From NCBI GenBank assembly GCA_000182565.2, contig KQ257462.1: 64,000 bases of DNA; one strand, 5' to 3'. Every line of letters begins with the position of its first letter. Within the stretch, counting starts at the first letter, position 1. The DNA comes from Spizellomyces punctatus DAOM BR117 (taxonomy: Eukaryota). The notes under the pieces were generated by a model that was not told the origin of the DNA, made no database searches, and saw nothing but the letters and a program-made list of their open reading frames with translations. Both the position numbers and the translations under genes were made by a program. Positions 27,480-41,092 of this stretch are shown here, piece after piece.

Positions 27480-28206
27480 TCTGTGGATCTTGGGAGCTGC
27501 AAAGTAGAATCGCTTGAAATTCCTCAAAAGATAAAATGTTTGTCTGTACTGTAGTCTGTAGTATGCCATTGAAGGGGAGCGAATAGGGTATTTTTATACC
27601 AATGGGCCTTTCAAGGTGCTGATGATGATGACGCGCAAGTGACGATCAAAACGAAATGCGTTATAATAACCAAAGTCCTCAAAGACAAAAATCCTTACAT
27701 ACAAATATCATCATGGTCCCTTTCAACCGTCTTTTTTTTTCTTACCGCCCGAACCTCCCCAAAGAGAGTTGCTTTGGTTAACGTAAAAGCCAACAAGAAC
27801 AACGAGAGGTATTCCTCTAGAATTGCCAATTGGCTAATAAGATTATCGGCTTGGCATGGTGAGGTCCGGATCAGGGTCATTGCATGCCTACAAAGTGTGC
27901 AGAGAGATGCTTCGTCACATGGATATGCGGAAAACTTCAGAAATAAGAAAGAGGCAAAGTTCTTAGGACAAACACACTTGCTGGAATCATCAATAATCCT
28001 TTTCCATCCTACAACCGAAATGACATATGGTGTCCGTAAGACAGTGCAAGCAAACATTATCAGTATATTGTAATTCGTTAGTTTGTGTCGAAAGTGCACG
28101 GAGACTGCCATTATTTTTCGCTTGATTTTCATCCCCAAATCTAATTCAATAACTTGCAATTTCACTACAACATTCACGACACCCAATAAAAGCGACTAAA
28201 TAACAT

Positions 28207-29333
28207 CTATCTCATTCCCCCAGGAGGATGCGAAAACAGCCACTCTACAGCTGCTTCAACATTTCCATTTGTCAGTGTGAGAGCACGGACGTTTTCGGTT
28301 GCATCGAAAAAGCCCATTTCTTGAAGTTGACGGAGTTGGGTCGCAAATCGTTCTTCGGGGGGACGCGAATCTTGTGGTGCGAGTCCGGCAGCATTGGGGT
28401 TACCGCCCATGAGCATTTGGAGGAGAGCGGGGTTAAAGAGGGGAGCCGTAGTGGGGGTACCAGCGGTGCTGGTAGGAGTACCGGTGGGTGTACCGGCGGT
28501 AGGTTGGGGAGCAAACATGTTAAAGGGACTGGCACCTTGCTGCTGGCCCATTCCGCCCATACCGCCCATACCGCCCATGGCCGCCATCATGGGCCCCATT
28601 TGCATCATGGTGCGCATCATGTTTGGATCACTCATCATTTGCCTAAACTCTTGGCTGTTCATCATCTCGCGGACTTGAGGCGTCATCATGGATGAGAGGG
28701 CAGGGTTGGCCGCCGTGAGAGATTCGAGGATTTGCGGGTTGGACATGAGTTGGGAAATGGATTGGCTGACTGCTGGGTTGGAAAAGAGGGCACTCAACAT
28801 GGATGGATCTAAACCAGCGCCTGCGCCCTGCCCGCCACCAAATGCCGCAAATGGGTTCGCTTCGGGTGCATCTCCACCAGCTGCTCCGGCCCCAAACATT
28901 GCGGCGAGCGGGTTGAAGGGAGGGACTCCCGCTGGGGCAGAGCGGGGTGGCTCGGTTGTGCCCGATGCAGCAGGTGTTGTTCCGGAGGCGGCAGTTGACG
29001 TTCCAGAAGGTGCTGCCGTCTTTGTTGATCCGCGCACCATATGAACCCTACAACAATGTCAATTCTTTTGCTATGATGCAAACCGCCTTTGCATGTGTAA
29101 GTACACAAGAAGAGCACTTACGTATTTCCTTCAGCCATCTTGTAAGTAGTCAAGAGATCTTCATCCTTCAAGACCTTTCCTGCAAAGATGAGTCTCTGCT
29201 GCGAGACTGGAACGTTGCCCGGTCCATCAGCCTGAATCTTTTCCTTGAGGGCGAGAACAGTGGATTCTGCGTCAATCGTAATGGAGAAGGCAGATTCGTT
29301 GGCTTGTTTGATTTTTATAGTAATCTCTGGCAT
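28207..29333 (-). CDS. DSK2: Ubiquilin/Dsk2 ubiquitin receptor (UBL-STI1-UBA); 2 exons
   Basis: UBL QQRLIFAGKVLKDED, Met/Gln-rich STI1 region, and UBA PPEERFATQLRQLQEMGFFDATENVRALTLTNGNVEAAVEWLF. Confidence 0.96.
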
Positions 29334-29530
29334 GGTTTCTAATGTGATCAGCAAAATGGGAGGGTTGGGCAGTCCAAACTCTACAGCGCGCAGGGCGATC
29401 CAAGTCTCAAACGGCTAAAATGCGTCACGCTGACTAAGCATTGCTTCTGCCTGCTTCTATCAAGTCTTTTGTATTTTTCAATCATCCAGCGAGAGCATAG
29501 CGGAATGCATTGTTCCAAGGTATATCATGA

Positions 29531-29550
29531 AAGAAGAAGAAGAAGAAGAA
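29531..29550. repeat. (GAA)n microsatellite
   Basis: aagaagaagaagaagaagaa seen directly. Confidence 0.85.
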
Positions 29551-29785
29551 GGATGTATGGAGAGGTGCACGCACAAGAGACGATAAATTGATGAGAACTG
29601 TCATCAATGGCTGTAAAATAACTGAAAGCATGCGGACAATGTTGCTTGTTGGGTATCGCCTAATTGCAGTATCATGAGGAAAGCAAAAGGCCCATGCAAG
29701 CTCCCGAGCCCACTGGAAACAGCGTCATGGCACTGCGCCAAAACTTTAACGGAGGAAATGCTGCGGCGCAGTCGAGTGACAATAA

Positions 29786-29786
<1 letters not shown>

Positions 29787-29818
<32 letters not shown>

Positions 29819-29852
29819 CGACAACGACGACGATATCGACGATATCGACGAT
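29787..29852. repeat. (GAC/AAC)n degenerate trinucleotide microsatellite, intergenic
   Basis: gacgacgacgacgacgacaacgacgacaacgacgacaacgacgacgatatcgacgatatcgacgat seen directly. Confidence 0.85.
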
Positions 29853-30602
29853 ACCAAACAGACGACTTTTGTAGCATCATTGCCATGCCATGGCAAAATG
29901 TGTTGATGAGTGTTCTATCACGTTGGGCTGAAGCGTTGTCCGAATGCATCGGACACATTTGACGTCACGACGACAAGTGGCAGTGGTGTGCAGAGGAGCG
30001 AGTGAAAGTGTGCGCACAGATTGAAAGTCATCCCTTTGCAAACACACAGCCAAGTAACGCATCGTGCTGTGTTTTTATTGCAAAGGTGCTGTGTTTTGGG
30101 GATGACCTTCTTTTTGTTTTTGTTTTTTTGTCATGGCCAAATACACTGTACTGGTAGCATGAAGAAGACCCCATCATCTTCTGCAGGTTGGGTATCGATG
30201 GGATTCAACGTGATGCATTGCCAAAAAGGCAAGCTCCAAACAAAGAAGATCATCCCCCTCCTTCCTCAATCCTCCCCCTTTCAACCTTCTCCTCCTTTTC
30301 ATTCATGCTCTCCTTTTGATTTTCTCATCGTTTTGACTCACTTTCTACGTAATCTAACTTTCCCACGCTCATAATAAACCTACGCGCAATTAAACGCGGG
30401 GTTTTTATTTTAGAACACTTTACTTTTTGTTCAAAACTCTCAACTTTTTGACATTTTAGCGTTATTGAACAAGAACCTCATACTGCCCAATATTTCTACA
30501 CAGAGTTTCTACGACGACGCAAACCCAACTCCCGCAACTGTTAAAACACACACTCCACTGACATTGACGCCCGATTTTCAACGCTTTGGATTTGCGCCCC
30601 TT

Positions 30603-32560
30603 ATGGGACGCTCCCACTTGCCTCTCGAAATATGGACACGCATCTTTAGTCTCTTGGACTCTTCTTCTCCCGCTGCATTCAGTCAGGCATGCAAGGCATT
30701 CTATCACATATCAATAGATCCTCACGCACGCGCGCAGTATCTCTTGAATCGCTATGGCAAACAACTGGCTTTGTATTCGGCTTTCAAGTGGAACAGAAGA
30801 GTCTTGTCGCCAAATGTTGGAAGATTGATGAGAAAGCGAGGTGCTGGTCTCCCTAGATTCTTGGTTCAGTGGGTTGACAAGGAGGTGAGTAGAAGCAAGC
30901 AACACATTGGGGTGAAGGAGGACCTTGAGGGACGATCGCGTAGAAATGATACGCGTGGGAAAATACCTGCCCTTGGGAAAATATCGAGAGATGGCCTGAA
31001 AGGATTTTGAAAAAGATGGAAATCATCGAGGAATGCTTCTGGGGAGACGACGATCGTTCTGGTGCTGCAAAAGAAGGAGAATAAAATAGCGTTCTGTTTG
31101 GTACACATTCTAAATGACCTTGTCGTTGTCATCGTCCTTTTGATGCAGTACCACAAAGCGGATCGAGGAAAGCGAGCCGTGTCCATTCCTCTGTACGTCT
31201 TTTTCATTCAAGAGGGATTTGAAATCTATGGAAGTGAAGCAGACTTTAAAGACGACGTAAGCCAGGCATTGTGCTCTTGTCGCTTATTTTGTGTTTTGAC
31301 GGATCCCCCGCTCGGCGATAGGACGTGGCAAAGTTTGAACGATTGCTCTATAGCAGTACGACCACTTCCTCGACCGTTACTGCCACCGACGACGCCATTG
31401 CCTCTATCCGAACCCTCCTCGACGCCTATGCGTTTTGTCCCGTCAAGGGCCTCGGCTCTCCCGTGGACGAAACAGTCTTTCTGCTTTCCAAACTCGACGT
31501 GACCCTCATACCCAAACTCATTGCAAATGGTCTCGATTTAATGTCGGTCAATGACGCTGTCCTCGAACGAGTCCTCTGGCGCCAAGATCTTACGGATGTG
31601 TTCTTGCAAAAGTACCTCGACAATGGCTTTGCTTTAACACCCATGTGCATCAAGAAGGGCCTACAGACCTCTCGACCTTCCACGCTCGCCGTCCTCCAAT
31701 CTCGCGTTTCAACCGCGCTACTCACTGAATGCGCTAAAGAGGCCCTCGTGGACATGTTGGGTCCCTCGTCAGGGCGAGCCTGGAATTGGGTACCTGAAAG
31801 TGCGGAATTTCTCATATCCACATTTAACATCTCTACCGACGTTATTGCACAAGCCCTCTATACCCACCCCGACGCACCTCGCCTGCCCAACGGCGGATGC
31901 CCCGAATTCCCCGCCACACGTTCCTATATGAAATCTAACCCATGCCCCGTCTGGCGCTGGATCCTCAAATCCTACGGTCCCCATCACCCGTTCACAAAAG
32001 CCTGTTTTGACGATGCTCTCAGTCGCGCTGCAGCCGATCGAGACCTCCACGCTCTCCACGACGAGTTTCTTCAATCTGGGGTACGCTTCTACCCCCGCCA
32101 CGTTAAAATACTCGCATGCCGCCTCTTGCACCGAGACATGACTGCGAACGCCCTCCATCTGCTCCAAGTCCTCCGCGAGCAAATTACTGACGACCGCGAC
32201 GCGGGGATCCTCACTGACGCTGAACGATCCGAATGGCTACACACACTCCGCGACGAAGTCGTTGAAAACGATGAATGGGCCCACCGGATGCGTACGACTC
32301 AGTTGGAAGGCGGCGCTCGAGGCGGTGCCTACCGTATCTCCCGGCCCCCAGAAGATGCACTTCGCTTTCTTGACGAGGCACGCGAGATGGTGCTAGATTT
32401 GATCCCACCTGTTCCTCCTATCCCGCGGGTCGACTGGAATACCGTTTCTGTCCATCCTGCGCGGAGACAATCGGTCAAAACATGGGTGAAGCGCATGGGG
32501 CTGTGGTGGAAGGAGCAGTGTGAACGGGGCGTGTGGGGTGTTGTTGATCATGTAGTTTAA
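30603..32560 (+). CDS. F-box protein with unassigned helical C-terminal region; 3 exons (~30603-30884, 31149-31256, 31322-32560)
   Basis: N-terminal HLPLEIWTRIFSLLD...FSQACKAFYHISID is an F-box. GT-AG introns join it to the 411-aa ORF. Confidence 0.78.
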
Positions 32561-33683
32561 CGGGACACGTCATTTTTCTCTTCTATGCATTGACCGGCCG
32601 GCCTCGTTTCGAACGTGTCCTGAAGTGTGATGAACAGTCAGAGACGTTTTTGTTCTATGAAACCATGTGTTTGTATCGGACGCTATTGTATGAGACTGGT
32701 TTTGTCTACTGTACATACTCGTTTGTATGATTTACTTTTTGTTTCTTTACCTCATGGGTTGTGTATAGCGGACCGTTTTTATGGACAGTTGTAAATGCAA
32801 GGAAAAAAAGGGGGGATAGTGTAAAAGGAATGTACAGTTGTGAAAGAGTATAGTGGTTTAATAAAGTTTTTTTTCCGTATCCTTAAGGTGAATGTATGAG
32901 GTTTGTTTATTGAGCTGAATCCGCGGATAGTGTAGAGGTGACAGAAAATGGCACTAGCTACTACACCAGGGAATAAACCAGCGACAACCGGTTCGGAAAA
33001 GCTAACTAAGCTACTACTAGGCAATTATACACGCAATACATAACGGTTGGTTCTAACCGGATAATTGCCCACCACCACACGCGGCCCTACTGGGCCTTTG
33101 ATCCAGAACTCTTGATGGCATTGAAGCCAGAGTCTTCGCAACATTGGGGAGACTCGCAAGCTGGAGGATGTTCAGTGACAAGGCTTGGAGACTAAAAAAA
33201 CTGCATGTCAGCGAGGTGAATGACAGAATGACATGATGCCATTGGTACATACCAACCAAGCTCAACAAATGTGGCAGCATAATAGTAGGTTTGTTATCGG
33301 ATCCGCTTGGTTGCCACTGGTTCTGATCACGGTTGCTGTCGGGCAGTCGAGGTCCTTGGCACCAGAGCAGTATTCTCATGGTGAACTTGAGACTTGTTGG
33401 GCAGATGCTTTGAGTCGAGGGATAAAGAAACAAGAGGAAAGAGACAGAAGGCCCCCCTTTTATAAACCTTTGGCATGCGCCTCACCGCAGTTTTAAAAAA
33501 AAACATTACATGCATGCCACACCAATCTGAGCGATAGATGGGGGTTCTGATTATGCGATATGATTAACCGGATTAATCCGGATAATAATGAGTCCTAGTG
33601 CCATTTTCAATCGCCTACTCAATATGCATTTCTGAACTATCCTTCTACCTAACAAGTGCATAAAGAATATTTACCGCACTGAT

Positions 33684-34697
33684 TCACACCTCCCTACACG
33701 CCCGGGGCTTTTCCCCTTCATACGCCTCACATACACTCTTTACGAAATCCTCAACCGCATGCCCACCAGGACAATCATACCATTCACCTCCATCATGCGT
33801 ACACCGGTGTTTTCCATTCACATGAACCGTACACGATCTCCTAAACAAATGTACAATTTAATATATACTTTTGTTAACGCACATAGACGAGGGGACTTAC
33901 GAGACACCCCGCTCCTTCGCCACCTTCACATCCTTCCACGCCAATTCCCTTCCCTTGCTCTCCACACACCCCTCCAATTCCTCATACTCTACGCCAACAG
34001 CTCTCGCACACACCTCTGCACGCTCTCGATCCGGTATGGCGCGATAATCCCGATTGGTACACAATATGTAATTAAACCATATTTTTGGATCAGGGTGCAG
34101 GTGTCGTATGCAGAGTTGTTGGAGCGTGCCTTGACATTCTGATGGTCCGTGTTTACATGTTAAACCTGTTGACGACGTCGTATTGCGACTGGCAAGGTAG
34201 TGGGTCGTAAAATGGGTTATGGATGATACTTCAAGTACTAAAAAAAACTCTATTGTCAGTAGAGAATCCCCGATAAAGCAATAAACCGCACAAGACAGAA
34301 CTTACAAACATTAGCAAAGACCCCTTCACAAAACACTGCATCTAACAAAATACTATCATGAATCCTCACTAACATAGTGTTCATTGTATGTAGAGTAAAA
34401 CCTACCAGGGCACTTTGCCATAACAAACAGTTCCACATTCACCTTTTTGCCCAGCCCTTCCTCCTTCACCTCACCCAAAAACCCCCAAACCGAAAACGGG
34501 AGAACAGTATCCACAACCCTTGTTGCAGACCAATACACCATACATGCCGTTACGAATGTAACGAGGACCCAAAAATGGTTGGTGAGGAGCGAGGGAACAC
34601 GGGGGGTTGTCGTTGGGAGTGGGAGCGAGTAGGAAGTGTATGTTCCGTAGGTTTTGTATTTTTGGACCATGGGCTTGGTGGGCTTGGTGGTGGGCAT
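33684..34697 (-). CDS. GILT (gamma-interferon-inducible lysosomal thiol reductase) family protein with N-terminal membrane anchor, multi-exon
   Basis: KVNVELFVMAKCP|DAVFCE, CKHGPSECQG and C-terminal NGKHRCTHDGGEWYDCPGG..VCEAY. TM segment FWVLVTFVTACMVYW. Confidence 0.88.
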
Positions 34698-37099
34698 ATT
34701 TTTACCACTTAGTGCCAGTCCAGAAAAGGTTTCTTGTTAATGTCGATGCAAAAAAGACAGTGTTTGGCGTTTATCGAGAACTCGATGGCGATATGATTAC
34801 GTAATTGCATTTGTAAATGCATTTTGGAAATGCAGACTCGCTTGCATTTCAACCATTTGTTAACATACAGAATTTTAGAGCTCGCATATTCTTTTTATCT
34901 CTTTTTCATTCCTTGAATTATCCTCTCAGAACAAGTGGAACAAAAAGTGTTTAGTTCAAACATGTAACCCTCATGCGCCAAATCTACCCTCTTCATTACA
35001 CATCTTGGATGCAGTGTCGGCAGGTGAGTCGTACCTAACCACTCTGCTTATATGGCCCAGAAAAGCGAATGCCCCAATCGTTCTGAATACCATGGCTTTT
35101 CAATGTTGGTCTGTATCGTGAGTTTGAAGAAGCATATTTATTGATTTTGGTCGGCTATAGTGTACACGATTTCGCCCGATCAACCGTCCCGGATCGAAAG
35201 GGAAAAGGTTGTACATAGCTGTATTGCTTGGGACAAACTTACTGAATCAGATTGGAGATATATTTTACAACTGTGCATAAACTGATCATATTTCCAAGAT
35301 CTTCTCGACGTCCATGTACGTCAGAGAAGCAGTAGTTGAAATGCGGACATTCGACGGGGTTCGCTTTTTCATTCGCAATGTCAAATGCAACCACTCCCTC
35401 CCATTATGCTCCTCCAAAGCAGCCTCCGACGAACGATGTGGAGGGTTCCAAAGGATGTGGCTATTCACAAAGGATATGGCGGACCACTTTTTATATAGAC
35501 AGTCAAAGAACCCATGTTACTGTAAAAACTGAGTGTCGGCCTCGTCCAAGATTCGGACATTCGGCACGTGACAAATTGGATCAGCACGTCCAAAAGATCA
35601 GCACCTCCAATACCCATCTCCTTGGATGCACGCAGATCTACACAGATATTACGGGAGCCGAATAGTCAGTCTAGTTGGATAAGGCGCAGACGTGCGACTC
35701 AACTCACGCGGTGTTCCACTGCCCCGTATGTGCGTGCTGGTCGGCTTGGACTGTAATTTGGGGGGTTGTGAGTAGCTACCTCCATCTTCAGATGGAGCTG
35801 ACTGATTGTTCCCGAGGGCGTTAGAGAAAATCAAAGGGAGGGCCTCGGCGGGTGGAAGCGAGTGTGTGTGTTATGTTTTGGTCAAGATCAGACAGGTGCT
35901 TGATGACCTGTTCATCTTAGTTCCTCTAGCAAAAACATTCTGGGTATGCTCCCAATACAAGAAAATCAAATCGGTCATATTAATAATGAACAGCTATCCT
36001 GCATTGCGAAGACTCATTTATAATTCGGACCCAGCGGCAAGGTCTGTCTCGAGGTAGAGGTCCTGAAGAGCATTTTGCGGCAGGAGGTTTGTTCAGAGGG
36101 AAGGTTTTTTGCCTTGGTTCGTCATCATCGGAGTCCCATTGGATGTGCTCATGACAAAAAGGTGATTGGTCAAAGTTATGCTGCTGTTTTGTATTTTTTG
36201 CTGAATCATTTATTGGCTTTATTCGGCACTTGTATCCTTCATGGTCTTTGCTATCGGAAGAGCAGATATTATTGCCTGTGGAATTGCCTCAATACCAATA
36301 GTTGAGTGAACGGGACATGTGCGGCGTGGCGGAGTTAGGTCATCATCCACCTATAGTGGACTTTGTTAAAAACTATGTTTTGTCCAGCAAATATCTGGTT
36401 TTTAGGAACACATTGAGTGAATGGACTGTAGGTAAAAAGTCAAATGGGCATCGTCGAAATAAGCTCTTGTTGTTTTTAAGCGATTTGTGTGAATACTGTG
36501 TGTTGTTTGAGGTTTTTTTTTTATATATTCTATTCCGATCACCCGATGCACCTCTGCGATCCAATGTTTCCAAATAATGAACAATAAAACTTTAAAAATG
36601 GATGCTTTCATATCTTTCTACCCCATCTTGTAAAGTCTCCATTTCACCTTTTGATGAGGACTTCCAGTCTGTCACTTGTGTGTACGCACCTGGTCTCAAA
36701 ACTGAAATCCCAGGGTGGAAACTGCGTACCAAATAGATAAGCATACGTTCATGTTATCGAGAGAGAAATAAAAAACACATACAGAGAGAACAAAACCAGC
36801 ATTCGTTCAACATTCATATTTATCAACCCGCATGACAAGTCGCCCTCTGCGGGCCGGTCGCGATACGAAAAGGCAGAAAGGGCGGGGGTTGGTGTGTAGA
36901 TTTTGGACACCGCTCGGGCCTTATTTGTATTTTCTCAAAAATAAGGACATGATATTTCATAAGAAGACTCTAAATCGGGTTTTGAATGTTCGGAAATCGT
37001 TACATGTATATATAAAGGGGGAGTTTGTTGGATACCGGTGGAACCTGGCTTTTTAATTTGGTTGTTCTCGATCCATTTCTTGTTTTTCAATAGTGAGGC

Positions 37100-38008
37100 A
37101 TGATGGAGTGGAAGCAGTTTGATGGGCTTGGATTAATGGTTCGTTCTTCTGCGACATCTTGGGAGAATATCAATATGAGACTTTTTGATCATTTGCTGTG
37201 TATGCATTGGTTGTTTTTTCGTTCTTTTTGTTTTTTGTATTTTCCAGTTCGATTTTTTTTGTTGACATTTTCCATGCTAGTTATATCGGGTGACTATGTC
37301 AACGAACTCTTCAATGCTGCATACCTTACCCCCTCGTCACCCGACTACGACCCCATCCTCGACACCAACCCCTACACCATGACGGACCCATTTTTTCCTC
37401 CCCTCACCGATTTCATCCGTTTCCTCTGCTACCGCCTCCACTGCACGCTCGAATCCCTCACATTAAGCCTCTTTTATCTCCATCGACTCAAATCCCTTCA
37501 CCCAATATGTCACGGATCGCCCGGAACGCCTCACAAACTCGTGTTATGCGCCTTAATGTGTGCATGCAAGATCCTCTACGACGATCACTATACAAATACA
37601 GTGTGGGCCAAGGCTTCTGAATTGTTTTCCTTGGAGCAGGTCAATAGGATGGAACGAGAGTTTCTGCAGTACATCGATCATGCTCTTTTCGTACCGCCTA
37701 AGGATTGGGATGCGTTTTTGGAAGAGATGGATGCGAGGTTGGGGAGGGCTCAGTTGGCCGTTTATGATGGGAGAAAGTGTCGAAGGGGGTTGAGGGATTT
37801 GGTTGGGATGGGTTCGTTGGAATGTTGTGGACGGGGTTGCCAGGATCGACATTTATTGCGGGCTTGTCCTGATGAAGTCGTGCCATCTTATTTATCAATG
37901 GCTGCTCATGCCTTGCCATTACCACCCCCCGAGCCTACACTATTGGCAACAACGTATCCAATTCTGCCGCCTGTACCTCACGCTTGGTTTACAATGCAAT
38001 GTGCGTGA
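37100..38008 (+). CDS. Pho80/PCL-family cyclin
   Basis: PPLTDFI, LSLFYLHRLK, HKLVLCALMCACKILYDDHYTNTVWA and VNRMEREFLQYID. Likely intron ~37200-37280; TATATAAA at ~37009. Confidence 0.88.
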   Translation: MMEWKQFDGLGLMVRSSATSWENINMRLFDHLLCMHWLFFRSFCFLYFPVRFFLLTFSMLVISGDYVNELFNAAYLTPSSPDYDPILDTNPYTMTDPFFPPLTDFIRFLCYRLHCTLESLTLSLFYLHRLKSLHPICHGSPGTPHKLVLCALMCACKILYDDHYTNTVWAKASELFSLEQVNRMEREFLQYIDHALFVPPKDWDAFLEEMDARLGRAQLAVYDGRKCRRGLRDLVGMGSLECCGRGCQDRHLLRACPDEVVPSYLSMAAHALPLPPPEPTLLATTYPILPPVPHAWFTMQCA

Positions 38009-38406
38009 CAAATTAGTAAACAAAGATATTAGATACCCGGGCACGAATGTGCCTCCATGATTCTTCAGTGACTTTTTACGTTCAGTTTTTTTCCCCATTT
38101 TCTTCTTGTTGGGGGTCTTTTATTCGTTTTCTGAAAACATATAGGAAACTTGCGAGTCCAGAGCGTGCAGCAATGTTTGCATCTGCTTGAGCGAGTCACG
38201 TAAACCTTGAAAAGCGCGCGGAGTTTTGTATTTGCGCAGCACTCTATCCTCTTGGCTCAATGTCCCAATCATCTAAAAATCCCATTCTGTCTCCCGCTCC
38301 ATCCCGATTGCTCCGTCCTCAATGTACTAAAACACGAGTACACCAGACAAGCAGTACTTTTCAATGCCCCCACTTCTAAACGTACTGCAACTTTAGTAGG
38401 AGCAGC

Positions 38407-41092
38407 ATGGCCTCCCGTCCCACAACTGCTTCAGCACGGCCGATTAGTGCCACCAGTAAAAAACCAGGCAAACATGTTGAGGATCTGCTTGTTTCTGATA
38501 CTTTTACCCGCGAACTCCCCGCTGACCCCCTAACGCCCTTGGATGGACCCGCTTTAACTCAATCAAGCGGAGACGGCACAGACCAAGACGGAACACATCC
38601 CTCACTCCGAACACCTCGACCCGTTCGCAATGCATTTTTCTCCTTCCTGAGACCGGTGCCCTGTCCTGATGCGATCCTTATTGCGCATTCACCGCCTGCT
38701 TGTCAGATATTGGATTTGGACTCGGAGGAGGTCCATCGACCGCAGTTTACGAGCTATCTAACTGGGACGACGCTCCTACCTCGTGCGAAACCATGGGCAA
38801 AGAATTATGGGGGGCATCAGTTTGGGATTTATGCTGGGCAGTTGGGAGATGGGCGGTGTATATCACTTTGCGAAGTCGTTAATGCCAAGAAGGAACGATG
38901 GGATATACAGATTAAAGGATCTGGTATAACACCCTATTCGCGGTTTGGAGACGGTTGCGCCGTGTTTCGAAGCTGTCTGCGCGAGTTTCTCTGTTCAGAG
39001 TATATGGCTGCATTGGGTGTCCCCACCACAAGAGCTTTAGCCCTCTTTGCGACCAAAGCACCTGTTTACAGAGAAGATGTTGAACCCGGTGCAATGCTCG
39101 TCCGGTTGGCGCCCACCTGGATCCGTTTTGGCACATTTGAGCTCTTTCACTATCGAAATGAAAAGGAACGAGTCAAAGAATTGGCGGATTTTGTTGTAAA
39201 GCATCATTTTCCGGATCTCGAGTCTCCCGTGAAGGATGCTGATATGGATGATGAGGCGAAAACGGTTTCGGTAACTGGGTACAAGCACCCACCAACTCAG
39301 GAAAGCTTGACTACCATCGATGCACGAACCCAGACACCTTCAAAACCGGAAGGGCAGATCATTGAGTTTGAGCTGAACAAGTATGCAAGACTGTTCCAAA
39401 GAGTTATAAAGCGGACAGCTGTTTTAATTGCTCATTGGCAAGCTATTGGGTTTGTCCATGGAGTCTTGAATACGGTGGGTTTCTTCGCATTCAATATATA
39501 TCGTTATCTTGATTGTGCTACAAACTTGACTTACGCTTTCTAATAGGACAACATGTCGATTCTAGGAATAACGTTGGATTATGGTCCGTTTGTAAGTGTC
39601 ATGCAGTCTGCTTTGATAGAGAGTTACGTTTGCGGATAACAAAAGTATAATGGATGGGCATATATAGGGTTTCCTCGATGCATATGATCCGTACTGGTCT
39701 TCCAATGCTGCAGGTAACGGAACTGACTATTCACACTCGATAGCCAATGTGCATGATCCGTACCAACATCTCCATTCCTGTATCAGACAAGCAAGACCGC
39801 TACCGCTTTGAACACCAACCCAAAATCGCCATGTGGAATCTCAGCAAGCTCGGTCGAACTCTGGCGGAATTGATGACGCTGCAAAACGGTGCTCAGGGCA
39901 GTCTTGGATCCCGGAAAGGGCCAGACGAGAAACAAGAATTCCATGTGAAGGGTGAGGAGATTGTTCGAGAGCTGTTGAAAGAGTTTGAACCGAGTTTTGT
40001 GCAGCATTACACTGACCTGATGCGAAAGGTATGGTGTGCTCTCGTGGTGTTTTCAAACATGTTGAACATCAATGAAATAAAATCATGCTATGCGAACATG
40101 TGCCGCCGTCCAATAGAAACTCGGTTTTCAAAGCACCCAACCGACCGATTTGAATGCTCTTATCCTTCCCCTCCTCCAACTCCTTTCCGACGCCCAGGCC
40201 GACTACACAATCTTTTTCCGCGCCCTTTGCAACTTTCGATGCAGTGACGCAGGGTTTGCCTCCTGTACCGCCTGGGATCCTTCTCATCCCATCAACACCA
40301 AAAAAGCGACCACAGACTGCCTTATTCACCTCCTCACATCCACGGAAAGACTCCACCGGCTCGCAAACCAGGGCCTGCAGAGTGGGACCCCTGCTGCCAG
40401 CGTGAGCGATTTGGACGCGAGCATGACAGGTGCATTTGGTACCACCGATCGAAAAACCGAAGGACAACGCAAGTCAACGTCAGCCAAGCAACACATGGAT
40501 GAAGATGAGCCGCCCACCCTGGAGGAAATCGCGACCCGATGGAAAGATTGGGCAACAAACTATCGATCCCGCCTCCTGTCAGATGCACCAAAGGCAACCC
40601 CAATGACCGGAAAGCCCCTTTCCGCTGATCTGGAAGATATACATCGCATGAACCGGATGAAAAAGGCTAACCCACGCTACGTTCTCCGGGGATGGATTGC
40701 GGAGGAAGTGATTGACAAGGTACAAAAACATGTGCCTGTTCTGGATGTGCCTGCTTTACCACAAGGTGCCAAGCCTGTTCGTCCGGTACCTCCAAAGCCC
40801 ATCCAGACGGACGACGCGTTTTTAGAGATTGAACGCGTGCTGAGGGTGTTGGTGCAGGACCTGTGGGGTGACATTGCCGATTCAAATTCGGGATGGAGGG
40901 ACGATGACGACCGGAATGCTGCGGAGAGGTGGGCAGGGCAAGTACCTGAGGTAACGTTGACGTCCCTTTCGTTTGTCCCAAAGGTTTTGGATCGATGGAA
41001 TTTCTAATGTATTTTTTTTTTTTTGTTTTTCGTTTTGGGCTGGCGCTGGATAATAGTGGGCGTTAAATCTAGTTCAAACGACCATGTCTTGA
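38407..41092 (+). CDS. SelO / Fmp40-family protein adenylyltransferase (AMPylase), multi-exon
   Basis: YGGHQFGIYAGQLGDGR, IQIKGSGITPYSRFGDG, REFLCSE, LVRLAPTWIRFG, HGVLNT|DNMSILGITLDYGPF, YRFEHQP and MKKANPRYVLR. Last exon 41057-41092 encodes WALNLVQTTMS*. Confidence 0.93.

Noticed and set aside
29664-29958. Poly-Asp, poly-Thr and poly-Ser ORFs
   Set aside because: They arise from the GAC microsatellite being open in several frames.
34800-36800. Gene-poor stretch with scattered splice-like signals and a small hairpin (CTCCATCT-TC-AGATGGAG, ~35779-35796)
   Set aside because: I could not assemble a stop-free spliced frame, and found no transposase, RT or snRNA signature.
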